Assembly: GCA_964016885.1 (NCBI GenBank) | Contig: OZ024742.1 | Coordinates: 188,976,001-189,040,000, forward strand | Direction of reading: 5' to 3' | Source: Eledone cirrhosa | Taxonomy: Eukaryota | Length of the DNA: 64,000 nt | In this document: positions 34,293-46,571 of the stretch, piece after piece | Position numbering within the stretch: position 1 is the stretch's first letter | Layout: each line of letters begins with the position of its first letter | The notes under the pieces: model-generated | Told to the model about the DNA's origin: nothing | The model's input: only the letters and a program-made list of their open reading frames with translations | Database searches by the model: none | Position numbers and translations under genes: made by a program

Positions 34293-34349
<57 letters not shown>
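30630..34349 (+). mobile_element. Dong/R4-clade RLE retrotransposon B with (TAA)n tail
   Basis: Single RT-RLE ORF, ~75-nt 3' UTR, then (AAC/AAT)n at 34281-34349. The 5' boundary is uncertain. Confidence 0.88.
30814..34206 (+). CDS. Dong/R4 RT-RLE polyprotein (1130 aa), intact frame
   Basis: WKSPGPD, NYRPITCL, WIDYRKAFDMVPH, GIFQGDSLSP, HLLFMDDLKLF, RLYLRRSEGGRGL, CRIC...HIVSEC, RHD, HNRPDLV...VDVACP...EKINRY. Confidence 0.95.
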   Translation: METRTSCDRLSPNWCPLAQQQEPDCQPNTADVGGRRRRKGARTNWTKELNRTVMQCYLKSNPKERGYRRRMHNIWNEIGLFKLDEQKLAGQARVIRTNGWISELELEELSRENGLEMAGVVCQTSEPVGNEGEEVLRTEEPPEADNDLNTEINNTWNRDTATEEMNADGLGQDSVDILNLVVDELNNDSGRPMNLRFVDRKKLKETTAKVNKVIPYLEARSLHQCNNILKATANTVRKLLGIKARGNNRQERAEPWWKKRLSGQIGEMRNDIGKLESLLNGTLKNIGTKNRLEIKYKTRSKKLNIIIEELKQRIVAKSAKIRRYENRVSQYKQNRMFDNNQKMLFGQLEGKERGNDLIPGAEQAKTFWRGIWEQDVRHNAQAGWIETVQREIGEKAQQQTDLSITVETLKGQAKKLTNWKSPGPDGVQGYWIKHLTSLHPKLTAMFNDCLVSGEVPEWLTKGTTVLIMKDRIKGNDATNYRPITCLPVMWKLLTSIVSEEIYHYLHTNNLLPDEQKGCRKKSRGTKDQLLIDKMVMGNCRRRHTDLAMGWIDYRKAFDMVPHSWITKSLEVFRVADNIRQLLGRSMGSWETELTSTGVSLGSVKIKRGIFQGDSLSPLLFVLALMPLTIMLRKVRAGYKLGRGELTINHLLFMDDLKLFGKSEKELDVLVDTVRIFSSDICMQFGIGKCGVIVMKRGRLSRSNGIQIPTGEMIKEIDSEEGYKYLGVLEADGIKNKKMKELLRTEYIRRVRSVLKSHLNSRNAISAVNSRAVSIIRYSAGILRWNVAEQKEMDRKTRKLLTIYNMFHKRSDVDRLYLRRSEGGRGLISIEDCVQMEKNNLYKYVTYSKEPMLRTVLKEGTVGQGMSKEEITSRRKSSLKGKSLHSTFFEKTEFRDPQTWNWLRRGDLKKATEGMLMAAQEQALKTKWLKHHIYKEEASPLCRICGEREETVAHIVSECKHLAQTHYKGWRHDVMGRVIHWHLCKVNNLPHSEKWYEHRPEAVMENSQVKVLWDFRIQTDKKLEHNRPDLVVMDKEKRSCLIVDVACPFDTRVQEKEGEKINRYQDLKWEVKRIWNCHEVKVIPIVIGALGTISKGFQGWLKKIGPFTLFGTLQKACLLGTARTLRYVLNI

Positions 34350-34351
<2 letters not shown>

Positions 34352-34442
34352 TTGTTTCTACTTTTAGGCACAAGGCCAGCAATTACCCAGTACATTACTG
34401 GTACTTTATTTTATCGACCCCGTAAGGATGAAAGGCAAAGTT
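34350..34442 (-). mobile_element. 5'-truncated SINE using the (AAT)n tail of element B as its own (ATT)n end
   Basis: attgtttctacttttaggcacaaggccagc...gtaaggatgaaaggcaaagtt is the reverse complement of the SINE 3' half. Confidence 0.85.
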
Positions 34443-34457
34443 GATAATAATAATAAT

Positions 34458-35523
34458 GCTTTCTTTATTAACCACAAGGGTTTACATAAAGTAGACATTA
34501 AGGACAGTACAGGGCAATACAGGACGGTACAAATGGGCATTTCTGCGTATAAAAATCAAAAACAGAGGATGTAACAAAAAATAACAATGAAAAATTCACC
34601 AATACGGGGGAGACTTCAGAGGAACATTTGTGGAGAAAGCCCATTAAAAATCCACAGTGACCTTGACCACTAGGGCAAGTGCCCTCTCCGAGTTTTACAG
34701 ACATATACTCAGAGTAGACCCATTCACTCGGGCCATTCTTGCTTCTCTCACCCATCTTTCAACAAAATGCTGGGAAGAGAGCACTTCCCTCTCTACCGTG
34801 ATTTTCCTTTTCAAACGAAATTTGTAAAAGTTAATCAGGGCATTACCGAAGAGGTAAGTGCTCGTCTTCAGCCCTTTCAAACTTTTCCACCATACTATCT
34901 CTTTCGCCATGGCCGCCAGACAGATAAAAACTCCCTGCCCTTCCCGGCTAAAGGAAGAGGGCGGGGCAATCATCATGATGGACTCAGCTGATAGCCGGAT
35001 CCGTCCTACACGCGACAGCAGGTGTTCGACATAAACCCACAAGTCAACAATGCTCGGACACTGGACGAATGCGTGCAGGACGGTTTCGTCGCCCTGTGCG
35101 CATCTCGGACATGCCCGGCTCACGGCACCTCCAAGCCTGTAGTGTTTATCCCGAATTGGCAAACTCCTCGGTAGCACTGCCAGGCCAGGGATTTCTGGAA
35201 ATTGTCCATAGGTCCCGGCCCGAAAGTTCTTCCGAAGAGATTGGCTAGTTGATTTTCGTCGACGCCTAGAGTTTCTCCAAGTACGTCGTCGCTCTTCCCC
35301 TCCACTAATTCTCTATAGAACGCCGAGGTGGTGTTTCCACCGATCACATTGCGCGATTGGTCGAGGGCTGTGAGCGCCTGAAGACATTCCAGTCTCCAGG
35401 CACTCCCTCTCGGTCTTCGCTTGACCCAGGACTGCAGCTCCATCAAGGAGACGAGCTGGGGAAAGACGCGTCTAGCAAACGGCGACCACACCTGATCACC
35501 GTCGAGGAAGAGATGGAGATGTC
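34458..35523 (-). mobile_element. 5'-truncated, frameshifted copy of the Tx1-like element (3' ~1.07 kb)
   Basis: Collinear with 18967-20058, same 3' end next to (AAT)n. ORF pieces 35120..35491 and 34695..35177 match the ORF2 C-terminus. Confidence 0.92.
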
Positions 35524-35645
35524 AGAAGAAGAAGAAGAAGAAGAAGAAGAAGAAGAAGAAGAAGAAGAAGAAGAAGAAGAAGAAGAAGAAGAAGAAGAAG
35601 AAGAAGAAGAAGAAGAAGAAGAAGAAGAAGAAGAAGAAGAAGAAG

Positions 35646-35683
<38 letters not shown>

Positions 35684-35705
35684 AAACAACAACAACAACA
35701 ACAAC
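35524..35705. repeat. Compound (GAA)n(CAA)n microsatellite
   Basis: Read directly; abuts the 5' truncation point of the Tx1 copy. Confidence 0.95.
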
Positions 35706-36307
35706 TGTATAGAAGATAATTTTAAAAAAAAGAGCCAGGGAATATTAACTAATGGAAAATAATAAGGAAGAACTAGATTATATTTTCAGATATTACACTT
35801 TGGTATTTAATTGAGAAAATTACTGAATGGTTTCGCTTTGTCTAATATAATTAAAGAATTTTATAGAAATATATTTAATTTTCCACAAATTACAATAATT
35901 CGACCGTCACTTTCTTTCTCCCATTTTACCTCAATGTTATATACACAGCCATGGCTAAGTGGTTAAGGAGTTTGCTTAGCAACCATTTTATACTTGGTTT
36001 ACTACTGCTTTACAGCTCTTTTACTTTCTACAATAGCCTTGGGTTTTGAATAGAATTTGGTAGACTGAAACTGCAGAGGCGTGTATATATATTATGTGCG
36101 TATGAATCCAGCCATGTCTTTGCCTCTGTCCCGTAACTTACCAGTTAGATAAGGTAGGGATCGATAAAATAAATTGAAATTATATCCGTACAAAGATCGA
36201 TATGATCGATATTATTCACTATATGACAGAAACCAGTAAAACTAAAAAAAAGGACATTCTCTCACCCTCTCTCTGCTATCTATCTATATATATATATATA
36301 TATATAT

Positions 36308-36352
<45 letters not shown>

Positions 36353-36520
36353 GGGTGAGAGAATGTATATATATATATATATATATATTCTTGTCTTAAG
36401 ACTCAGTGATAAACAGGCGAATCTCCAAGGAAAAAAGACTCACATTCTAGGCTTATTAATATTGAATATTAAAACTCTACTTCAGTATTGAGTACTTTTT
36501 CTCTCCGCCTTCAACCACAT

Positions 36521-36559
<39 letters not shown>

Positions 36560-36781
36560 ACCTGATTGTATTTTCGTTGTTGTGGTGGCTTCTGTGGCTT
36601 TGTCCCCTTAACCACAGTTTTCAATTTGTCACGCCATTTAACGTATGTTTATTACTTTAACATGTAACTTATCAATTTATCGATATCTTCTCATTGAGTT
36701 TTTCGAGCAAAGCTCCGAATATTGTTTATTTCGTTGATGCTGTCCGAGCGCCGCAATTTCGAGTTTACTAACTTCCACTCT

Positions 36782-36818
<37 letters not shown>

Positions 36819-38418
36819 ACTTTTAATATTTATACATTTCATTCCATTCTTCCGTATAAATGTCGCTGAATTGACAGAGATATTAGAGAGGTTGAATAGA
36901 TTATTGTTGTGGTATTTTTGTTGGATTTCTGTGCTCTCCGTTCTAATCCCATCAAATTCAAATTTGTCTTTTATCCCTTCAAAATGCAATAATTTTTATA
37001 CTTCAATTTTCATATAATAAAAAAAATTCTTTCTTTCTATTCTTATTTTTATATTTGGCCAACTGCCGAATATCTGCGTTCTGACTTCTAATCCCGCCGA
37101 GCAAAACTTTGCCTCTCATCATTTTCAGGTTGGGGTCTACTCGAATTCTATCTTGTTTCTCTTTTTCTCTCCCTGTTTTATATATCTATCTTTAGAAGAA
37201 TTCGGTTGTGACACTCTAGCTTTAAAATGCCAATACACACCGTATGTTACGACGACGCCCCTACTATTTCATTACAAAATATAGCATTAGTGATCAAGCT
37301 GATTCTTATCTAAGCCTTATATACTCAGTTGTATTTATGTGTTGTTGTTGGGTACACATTTCCTCTGTTTCTATTTTTCTCGTACGTTTTTCTTTTCATA
37401 TATTTTTTTAATATGTGTTGCTATTATTGCTGTTGCTAATTCTGCTTGCAGTTATTCTCTAGTAGAGAGGAGGAAAATGAGGAAAGATTATAAGAAATTG
37501 TAAAGGAAGGGAGTGAACAATGATGTTGATAATCTTTTCGTTATTAACAAAATAGCGGTGTTGATTCTTCATCTATTTCATGTTATTTCCGGTCTTGTTA
37601 ACGGCAATTGGTTTTCATGTGATTGGTTGAGTCAGTAATTCTGGTTGTCTTGTTATACTTGTTATTATTATTGTAATTGTATTTTAGTTTTAGCTGCCAT
37701 GTGATTGGTCTTCATTCTAAATTTTACCCGATTCATATGCAACAGTTGTTTTTCTTTTGCGTGAATAAATATGAGAGTTATGTCAACAATTAGGGTGAAG
37801 AAGGGGGAGAATGGAGTGAGAAAATGTGATCGTATACGGAGTTTAAGACGAACAGTAGAAGCAACAGTCGCCATGCTATGCTGCAAGTCATTACTGTGTT
37901 ACCTTATATCGTGTGTTATTCTGTAGTGCGGTTTATTTCTGAGTATTCCAAGCACACTCGCTCACCCTTCTTTTAAACAACTACTAAATATACGGATCAT
38001 TTGTTCGGCCCGGATCAAGTGGTGTAGAAGTGTTGTTACCAAAAGGCCTGGATGTAGAGATAAGAAGTATTTTCATAGAACCGGTTGGTAAGTCGGTGGT
38101 CCTGTACGCGAGCAACAGTAAATGCGACGGGGAAGCATTCAGCAGGTGAGAAGGTTTCTTCTGGCACTTTCAGTTTTACATGTAGGCAATTGGAATGGGA
38201 TTTTAAATGTACACTTTACTAATTCCCATTTTATGAAATAAATATAACATTTTTTTTTCTTTTTCCCTGCTTTCATTCGAAACAAAACAAAAAGTTCATC
38301 ATCTGTTGAGCTAAAAAAGGAATCACGAATGGATATCAAATATTGATTCTGCTACATCTTGAGGTTAGATAGTTTGCCGAAATATTGAAAAACATTTCTA
38401 ATTTTAACTCTTTCTAAT

Positions 38419-38633
38419 GATCCGGTGAAATAATTGTTTCTACTTTTGGCACAAGGCCAGCAAATACCCAGTGCATTACTGGTACTTTATTTTATCGACT
38501 CCGTAAGGATGAAAGGCAAAGTTAACCTCGGCAGGATTTGAACTCAGATCAGAAAGGGGCGTAACTCTGTGCTACAAAGCATGTTGTCCGACCCTCTACC
38601 GATACTGCCAAACCACAGATCCGGTGTAATAAT
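38419..38633 (-). mobile_element. SINE with 16-bp TSD (1 mismatch)
   Basis: gatccggtg(a/t)aataat at 38419-38434 and 38618-38633 flanks a full SINE. Confidence 0.85.
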
Positions 38634-38844
38634 GCTCCAGGTTCAGCTTCATCACTCACTGATGTTAAGAAGCGATTTAGTAGTACAAGCAAAATTCGCT
38701 AACCTCAATTCAGTATTTCACGAATATAACAGACCGAAATCAGGTTCTTCCAAAAGGTCGTTGTACCAAAGTTACTCAATAGGGAGGGTAGATTGGAGAC
38801 CAGAGAGTCGATCCAGATAGAACCACTACTTATCGACATGGAGA

Positions 38845-39050
38845 GATCACAGCTGCAGTAATATTGTTTCTACTTTAGGCACAAGGCCAGCAATTACCCA
38901 GTGCATTACTGGTACTTTATTTTATCGACCCCGTAAGGATGAAAGGCAAAGTCAACCTCGGCGGGATTTGAACTCAGATTGTAATGGGACGTAACTATGC
39001 TAGAAAGCATGGCGTCCGACCCTCTACCGATCACAGCTGCAGTAATATTG
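38845..39050 (-). mobile_element. Young SINE with perfect direct repeat (up to 22 bp including microhomology)
   Basis: gatcacagctgcagtaatattg at 38845-38866 and 39029-39050. Confidence 0.9.
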
Positions 39051-39618
39051 ACATGTGGTTAGATTTGACGAGCATAGCCAACCGGCAATAAACCCAGATG
39101 TAGACCACAAGCAACATAGTTAGATAACATTCCTACCCTCGGTTGATCTCGCAAAGGATCCAATCGGATCACTTGATGACTGTTGCTTTGGGTAGAACTC
39201 TTTCGATCACATGTCTGATGGCTCTCCTCCAACGACTCTCTCAGAGATATGTGGGCAAAGAAGAGCTTATCAAATAATAAAATGTCACTTTCTAATTTCC
39301 TATAAATTCAAAGATATTTTTTTCTACATGTTCATCCTTGAAATGTCCATTATATGTTCTGCACAGCATTTTTTCTGTAAGGAACATGCACGCACACACA
39401 CAATCACACATACACACACGCACACACACAATCACACATACACACACGCACACATACATACACACACGCATACCCACACGTATACACACATACAAACACA
39501 TAAACACACACATATACAGATATATACACACAACAAATATATATATATATATATATATGTACATGTATGGGTATATATGTTGGTGTGTGTGTGTAGGTAT
39601 GGGTATGTGTGTGTGCGC

Positions 39619-39689
<71 letters not shown>

Positions 39690-40205
39690 TGTGTGCGTGT
39701 GTGTGTGTTTGTGTGTGTGTTACCTTTAACTCCTTTACATTAAGGCACATAACATTTGCTTTGGAAAAAATCGAATCCGACCAGTAAAACATATTAATCC
39801 ATAATATAATAACATTGTCATGCACTCAGGTTGATCTGTTCATGTCCCGTGTAACTAAACACTAGGAAAAATGTTTGTATTTCAAATGAAGTAAGACAAT
39901 CTAGGGAATAACAGATATTACATCCATCAGTGTCACAGCTTATCAGTAGAGAGTATGTCAACTTGTCTCTGTCGGGAATCTTTCCCTATAATTCCAAATC
40001 GAGTATCGATTACAATAAATGTCATAGAAGTAAATTACCTAGAAGCTGGGTATTGTAGGAGCATGTATGTGTTTATTAGTTTATGTATGCATTTATACAC
40101 TTATATATATATATATATATATGTATGTATATATATATATATATTTGCATATATATATGTATATATATATATTTGCATATATATATGTATATATATATAT
40201 ACGTA

Positions 40206-40305
<100 letters not shown>

Positions 40306-40336
40306 ATATATTTGCATATATATGTATATATATATT

Positions 40337-40374
<38 letters not shown>

Positions 40375-40615
40375 TAAGGATACTTTTTATGGTTATGTAT
40401 ATACTAACACTTTTTATAGTTATGTATATTTTAAACCCTAAACAGTGAAGGTCAGTAATTTATTACTACCTTATACCAGTAAGATAATATGTGAATTCTC
40501 TCTCTCTATATATATATTTATATGAATGTATATATATATATATATGTACATGCATATATATATATATGCGTGTGTATGTGTGTGCGTATGTATGTATATA
40601 TTTATTTATAGATAG

Positions 40616-40706
<91 letters not shown>

Positions 40707-41324
40707 TTAGAGAGAGAGAGAAAGAGAGACATATGGGTGGATAGTTAGATAAGCTTACTCATATACTAACTACACTGCACAAACTTTTATATTATTTTGA
40801 CACTACAGAAAATTAATATATAAAACGCAAGAGTAACAAATTCAGGGACAGCAACTAAACATAAAAGTATAAAGGAATAGCTATAGTAAACATACATCAC
40901 GACAGCAATAACTGCAAAACGAACAAGAAGAGCTGCCGCTATAAAATCGAATCAGGAGATCGACAGAGCATAACTCCAGTAACAGTAACTAAAACAACAG
41001 CAACGCCATTAGAAATAATAGCAACAGCAATATCGATTTTTATTTAATGGAAACTGAAACAGTGCTGAAGTGGACTAAAAGAATATACCAATAATATTAT
41101 TAACTATCGAATAACCTGAGGCAACGACAGCGTTCAACGTCTTAGTTTGTTGCTAAATTATCCTCATGCTTACTAATAAGCGGACATCAAGTCCGTAACG
41201 AATACGTCATGTTATATTACTGGTACCCCAGTGATTTGAATGTAACGTTTCTCTTATTCAACGATATTCCATTTGCCCAGATGCACTGGTGTCATATGAT
41301 GTGCCTATACTCTCATCTTTTTCG

Positions 41325-41870
41325 CAAGTCATCCAGTTATCCCACTTCGTTACCAAACGTGCCTAATACATCACCATTTACATAAGTCAACTAATTATCC
41401 CACTTTATTATCACACGTGCCTAATCCGTCCCCTTTCACACTCACCATTTAGTTATCCCACTTCGTTGCCAGACGCGCTTAATCCATTACCTTTCACACA
41501 AGTCAATTTGTGACCCCACTTCGTTAACAGACGTGGCAGATCCATTACCGTTCACACTAGTCAACCAGTTATCCCACTCCATTACCAGACATGCTCTCGC
41601 CAATACTTACAACGTTTCAATGCCCTCGAATTTGTTCAGGGGCAGATACTAATATGAGTTTATTGTTGGAATCCTGAATATATATAATAAAAAATATCAC
41701 ATCTTCTCTTCGCATGTCTATCTATTGCTAGTACTGATGTGTTCATCACGGGAAATTACCTATCATGCAGTATTATATTCATGCGAGATTTCACACTAGT
41801 CAACCAGTTGTCCCACTCCGTTACCAGATGTGCTTAATCCAACACCCTTCACACTAATCAACTAGTTCGT
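41325..41870. repeat. ~58-60-bp degenerate minisatellite interrupted by a ~195-bp insertion
   Basis: Recurrent agttatcccacttcgttaccagacgtgc.taatcc...ttcacac.agtcaa units resume at ~41790 after the insert. Confidence 0.75.
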
Positions 41871-42265
41871 CAAATGTTTTTTAAAGTTATGTGCATTTGC
41901 CATCATGTTTTGGATCAATCAACCAACATAATATATTGTTTATAAATCAAGACGCTCTAGTATCAATATATCATTTGTTGTGGTAGTTAAAAGACGACAG
42001 CTCAAACGGTACAGAGACATGGAATTCAAAACCATTAATCAGGATGGTATTTTGAAAGTGTACCGAAGAAATTTGATTTCTGGCATGAATATAATACTGC
42101 ATAATAGGTAATTTCCCGTGGTGAACACATCAGTACCAGATAGACATGCAAAGAGAAAATGTGTTATTTTTCATTATATATATTCGGGATTCCAACAATG
42201 AACTCATATTAGTATCTGCCCCTGAACAAATTTGAGGGCATTTAAACGTTGGAAGTATTGTCGAG
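41596..42265. repeat. Diverged inverted repeat, arms ~190 bp (41596-41790 and 42075-42265)
   Basis: tgccctcgaatttgttcaggggcagatactaatatgagtt versus aactcatattagtatctgcccctgaacaaatttgagggca. Confidence 0.85.
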
Positions 42266-42306
42266 ATTATCCTGGTAATGGTTTCAGTAAAGAAGATGTT
42301 CTAAGG

Positions 42307-42625
42307 CAAGGGTGTGCAACATATTCCCTTGACGGGCCACTTTTGAACATTGGAACAACTATTAGGGCCATTAATATTTATTAAGCACTATTCCAAAGAT
42401 TCACCTCAACTTTTTTTCATAACATGGAACTGGGAAATTATAACACACATAACCGTATCAGTGAAGCCCTTTAGTATAGGTCAACTAACAGAAAATGTTA
42501 TTATGGTTATGAAAAAATTTCTAAATAAACCTATATGGAAAAAATTAAAAAAGGTCATCGCGGGCCACTCTAACTGGTCTGGCGGGTCGGATTGTGGCCC
42601 GCGGGTCGCCTGTTGCACGCCCAGG
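42307..42625. mobile_element. hAT (Charlie-type) MITE
   Basis: Imperfect TIRs caagggtgtgcaac / gttgcacgcccagg, subterminal (g)cgggcc repeats, 8-bp TSD-like ttctaagg / ctctaaga with central TA. Confidence 0.75.
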
Positions 42626-42679
42626 CTCTAAGATCGCACGGAGACTTAAAATACATTAATCGCTGGATTTAAATCACAG

Positions 42680-42890
42680 GCTATCAAGGGCGGTAGAGCT
42701 TTGGAAAACATGATTAGCGTCATAGAGTTATGGCCACTTACGTTCTGAGTTCAAATCTCGGCGAGATTATCTTTGCCTTTTATCTTTACGGAGTCGATAA
42801 TATAAAGTACTAGTAATGCACTGGGGTCAATTTTATAGTCTTTCCCCTTCTCAAAATGTGATGGACTTGTGCCTAAATGAGAAACCATTA
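42680..42890 (+). mobile_element. SINE (diverged copy)
   Basis: gagttcaaatctc B-box, ctttgccttt...gtcgataa core, cttgtgcctaaatgagaaaccatta tail. Confidence 0.8.
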
Positions 42891-43484
42891 CATGAAGTCA
42901 CCCGGTTATTTAAACTATAATTTAATAGATTTAACCTTCTAAAATGAATTCATTTCTCAGATACATAGATGCATACATGCATACATAAATACATACATAA
43001 ATATATATACAAATATACATATATACGTATATGCGTACATACATATGCACATACATAAATACATACATACATTCGTACACATAGGTACAAACACAGACAC
43101 ACACAAACAAACGCATACACAGATACCTACATCGAGATGTAAATATATATATATATACATATATCTATATATATATATCTATATATATATAAAAACAAAT
43201 AACGAAACAAAATTAAATTTTGTTTCGTTTGTAACTCACTTTTGTATGACTGACGCTTAAACAATTAAGTTAAAGATGTACATCCATATATGTATACTGA
43301 AATACTAGTATGTATATGAATACACACACGTATACATATGTAGATGTACCAAGTTTTTTCCCTGGTCACTTTACTGTGAGTGGCCAGCTATTCTGTATGT
43401 AAACACACAGACAAACCGGTTTTTAGAGTCATACTGGTTTTTGAGGAAACACCTTTCCTCTATTCTCCAGAAAGCCAGACAAGG

Positions 43485-43529
43485 AATATTGAACTAGTTT
43501 CGTTGTTGTTACAACTCATCAGCAATATT
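43485..43529 (-). ncRNA. Minimal type-I hammerhead ribozyme (copy 1)
   Basis: AATATTG-CTGATGA-GTTGT aaca ACAAC-GAAA-CTAG-TT-CAATATT on the minus strand. Confidence 0.85.
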
Positions 43530-43951
43530 TACCTATCTTCCGGCCTCTCTAGAGAATCGTAAAAGCACATATCGTTATATGCTTTTTCTATGAAAATTAG
43601 TAGTGGGCAGACTAATTTGCATAGAGTGTGAGTAAGTACCGGTTCAACGGAGAGGATAAAAACAAATAACGAAACAAAATTAAATTTTGTTTCGTTTGTA
43701 ACTCACTTTTGTATGACTGACGCTTAAACAATTAAGTTAAAGATGTACATCCATATATGTATACTGAAATACTAGTATGTATATGAATACACACACGTAT
43801 ACATATGTAGATGTACCAAGTTTTTTCCCTGGTCACTTTACTGTGAGTGGCCAGCTATTCTGTATGTAAACACACAGACAAACCGGTTTTTAGAGTCATA
43901 CTGGTTTTTGAGGAAACACCTTTCCTCTATTCTCCAGAAAGCCAGACAAGG

Positions 43952-43996
43952 AATATTGAACTAGTTTCGTTGTTGTTACAACTCATCAGCAATATT
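43952..43996 (-). ncRNA. Minimal type-I hammerhead ribozyme (copy 2)
   Basis: Identical to copy 1, offset +467. Confidence 0.85.
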
Positions 43997-44418
43997 TACC
44001 TATCTTCCGGCCTCTCTAGAGAATCGTAAAAGCACATATCGTTATATGCTTTTTCTATGAAAATTAGTAGTGGGCAGACTAATTTGCATAGAGTGTGAGT
44101 AAGTACCGGTTCAACGGAGACGATAAAAACAAATAACGAAACAAAATTAAATTTTGTTTCGTTTGTAACTCACTTTTGTATGACTGACGCTTAAACAATT
44201 AAGTTAAAGATGTACATCCATATATGTATACTGAAATACTAGTATGTATATGAATACACACACGTATACATATGTAGATGTACCAAGTTTTTTCCCTGGT
44301 CACTTTACTGTGAGTGGCCAGCTATTCTGTATGTAAACACACAGACAAACCGGTTTTTAGAGTCATACTGGTTTTTGAGGAAACACCTTTCCTCTATTCT
44401 CCAGAAAGCCAGACAAGG

Positions 44419-44463
44419 AATATTGAACTAGTTTCGTTGTTGTTACAACTCATCAGCAATATT
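44419..44463 (-). ncRNA. Minimal type-I hammerhead ribozyme (copy 3)
   Basis: Identical to copy 1, offset +934. Confidence 0.85.
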
Positions 44464-44903
44464 TACCTATCTTCCGGCCTCTCTAGAGAATCGTAAAAGC
44501 ACATATCGTTATATGCTTTTTCTATGAAAATTAGTAGTGGGCAGACTAATTTGCATAGAGTGTTTGCATACAGAATAGCTGGCCACTCACAGTAAAGTGA
44601 CCAGGGAAAAAACTTGGTACATCTACATATGTATACGTGTGTGTATTCATATACATACTAGTATTTCAGTATACATATATGGATGTACATCTTTAACTTA
44701 ATTGTTTAAGCGTCAGTCATACAAAAGTGAGTTACAAACGAAACAAAATTTAATTTTGTTTCGTTATTTGTTTTTATCGTCTCCGTTGAACCGGTACTTA
44801 CTCACACTCTATGCAAATTAGTCTGCCCACTACTAATTTTCATAGAAAAAGCATATAACGATATGTGCTTTTACGATTCTCTAGAGAGGCCGGAAGATAG
44901 GTA

Positions 44904-44948
44904 AATATTGCTGATGAGTTGTAACAACAACGAAACTAGTTCAATATT
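44904..44948 (+). ncRNA. Minimal type-I hammerhead ribozyme (copy 4, inverted arm)
   Basis: aatattg(44904-10) ctgatga(44911-17) gttgt-aaca-acaac(44918-31) gaaa(44932-35) ctag tt caatatt(44942-48). Predicted cut after GUU at 44941. Confidence 0.85.
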
Positions 44949-45170
44949 CCTTGTCTGGCTTTCTGGAGAATAGAGGAAAGGTGTTTCCTCAAAAACCAGT
45001 ATGACTCTAAAAACCGGTTTGTCTGTGTGTTTACATACAGAATAGCTGGCCACTCACAGTAAAGTGACCAGGGAAAAAACTTGGTACATCTACATATGTA
45101 TACGTGTGTGTATTCATATACATACTAGTATTTCAGTATACATATATGGATGTACATCTTTAACTTAATT

Positions 45171-45304
<134 letters not shown>

Positions 45305-45397
45305 GTTTAAATAGTCAAATGGGAAGCCTTTCAATCATTCTTATATTAAGCCACTCGTAAGCCGTGGTCCAATCATTGAAACCAATACACATATTAC

Positions 45398-45447
<50 letters not shown>

Positions 45448-45491
45448 TCTATTTCTCCATCTGTATCTCCTTTCTATCTCACCAGAGCACA

Positions 45492-45624
<133 letters not shown>

Positions 45625-46118
45625 CTGTGCTCTGGTGAGATAGAAAGGAGATACAGATGGAGAAATAGAGTGACAGTTTGGGAGGGATTATATAATTAAG
45701 TGTATATCTAAATTCCGTCTGTATGTAGGCATATCTATTTACCCTACTGAATTTATTATATTTCTTTACAGTTGGTCTCCCATCTATAGGAATGTCAGTT
45801 GTACTTTTTAAATCTTTGCTCTAGAAATGATGTGTCAATTATCAAAGATATTAGGTTGAAATAGGCAGATTGGCTATCTTTCTTATAACATAAAATATCA
45901 CGGCTAGTGCAAATTAGGTTAATAAAGTAGTATTAGAATATATAGTGAAGTTCCATCATATCACACTGTAATAGTTTCATCAGTATAACGAGTGAAAGAA
46001 CTATGAGAAAGATAAACGCTTTGAGTTTGACAAATCAATTCATCTTTCTTGGCATAGTTTACGAGTAGTTTAACATTAGAGTAAGTGAAATGTTTTTCAA
46101 TTGTCTATTTAGTCGTGC

Positions 46119-46153
<35 letters not shown>

Positions 46154-46193
46154 CACACACTATATGCACTACATATATATTTATATATACAAA

Positions 46194-46244
<51 letters not shown>

Positions 46245-46535
46245 TATATAGATATATATATACAGAATATATGCCCATATATATATGCATTGGTATTGGC
46301 GTGACTTGAGGATTTAAACTGAGTGGAAACTATTCATCTCCATGAAGAACTATTATACCGCTATACGTAGAGTTGAAGCAGAATTCATTACTTTACACAC
46401 ACGCACACAGACCCCCCACCCCCACCCCCACCCCACCCACACACATATATATAAAAGAATGATTTGTTATGTCTTCATAACGTTTATTGAATAGAGACGC
46501 GCGTTTCCCTATTGGTCAGCTCAAGGTTCGATCCC

Positions 46536-46571
<36 letters not shown>

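Noticed and set aside
35357-35719. Poly-E/poly-Q protein
   Set aside because: Antisense Tx1 sequence running into (GAA)n(CAA)n.
43191-44563. CRISPR-like or satellite interpretation of the 467-bp array
   Set aside because: No unique spacers, eukaryotic context, low copy number; better explained as a hammerhead retro-element.
43380-45053. 60-aa ORF repeated four times
   Set aside because: GTG start, no recognisable domain, antisense to the hammerhead; it only reflects the repeat unit.
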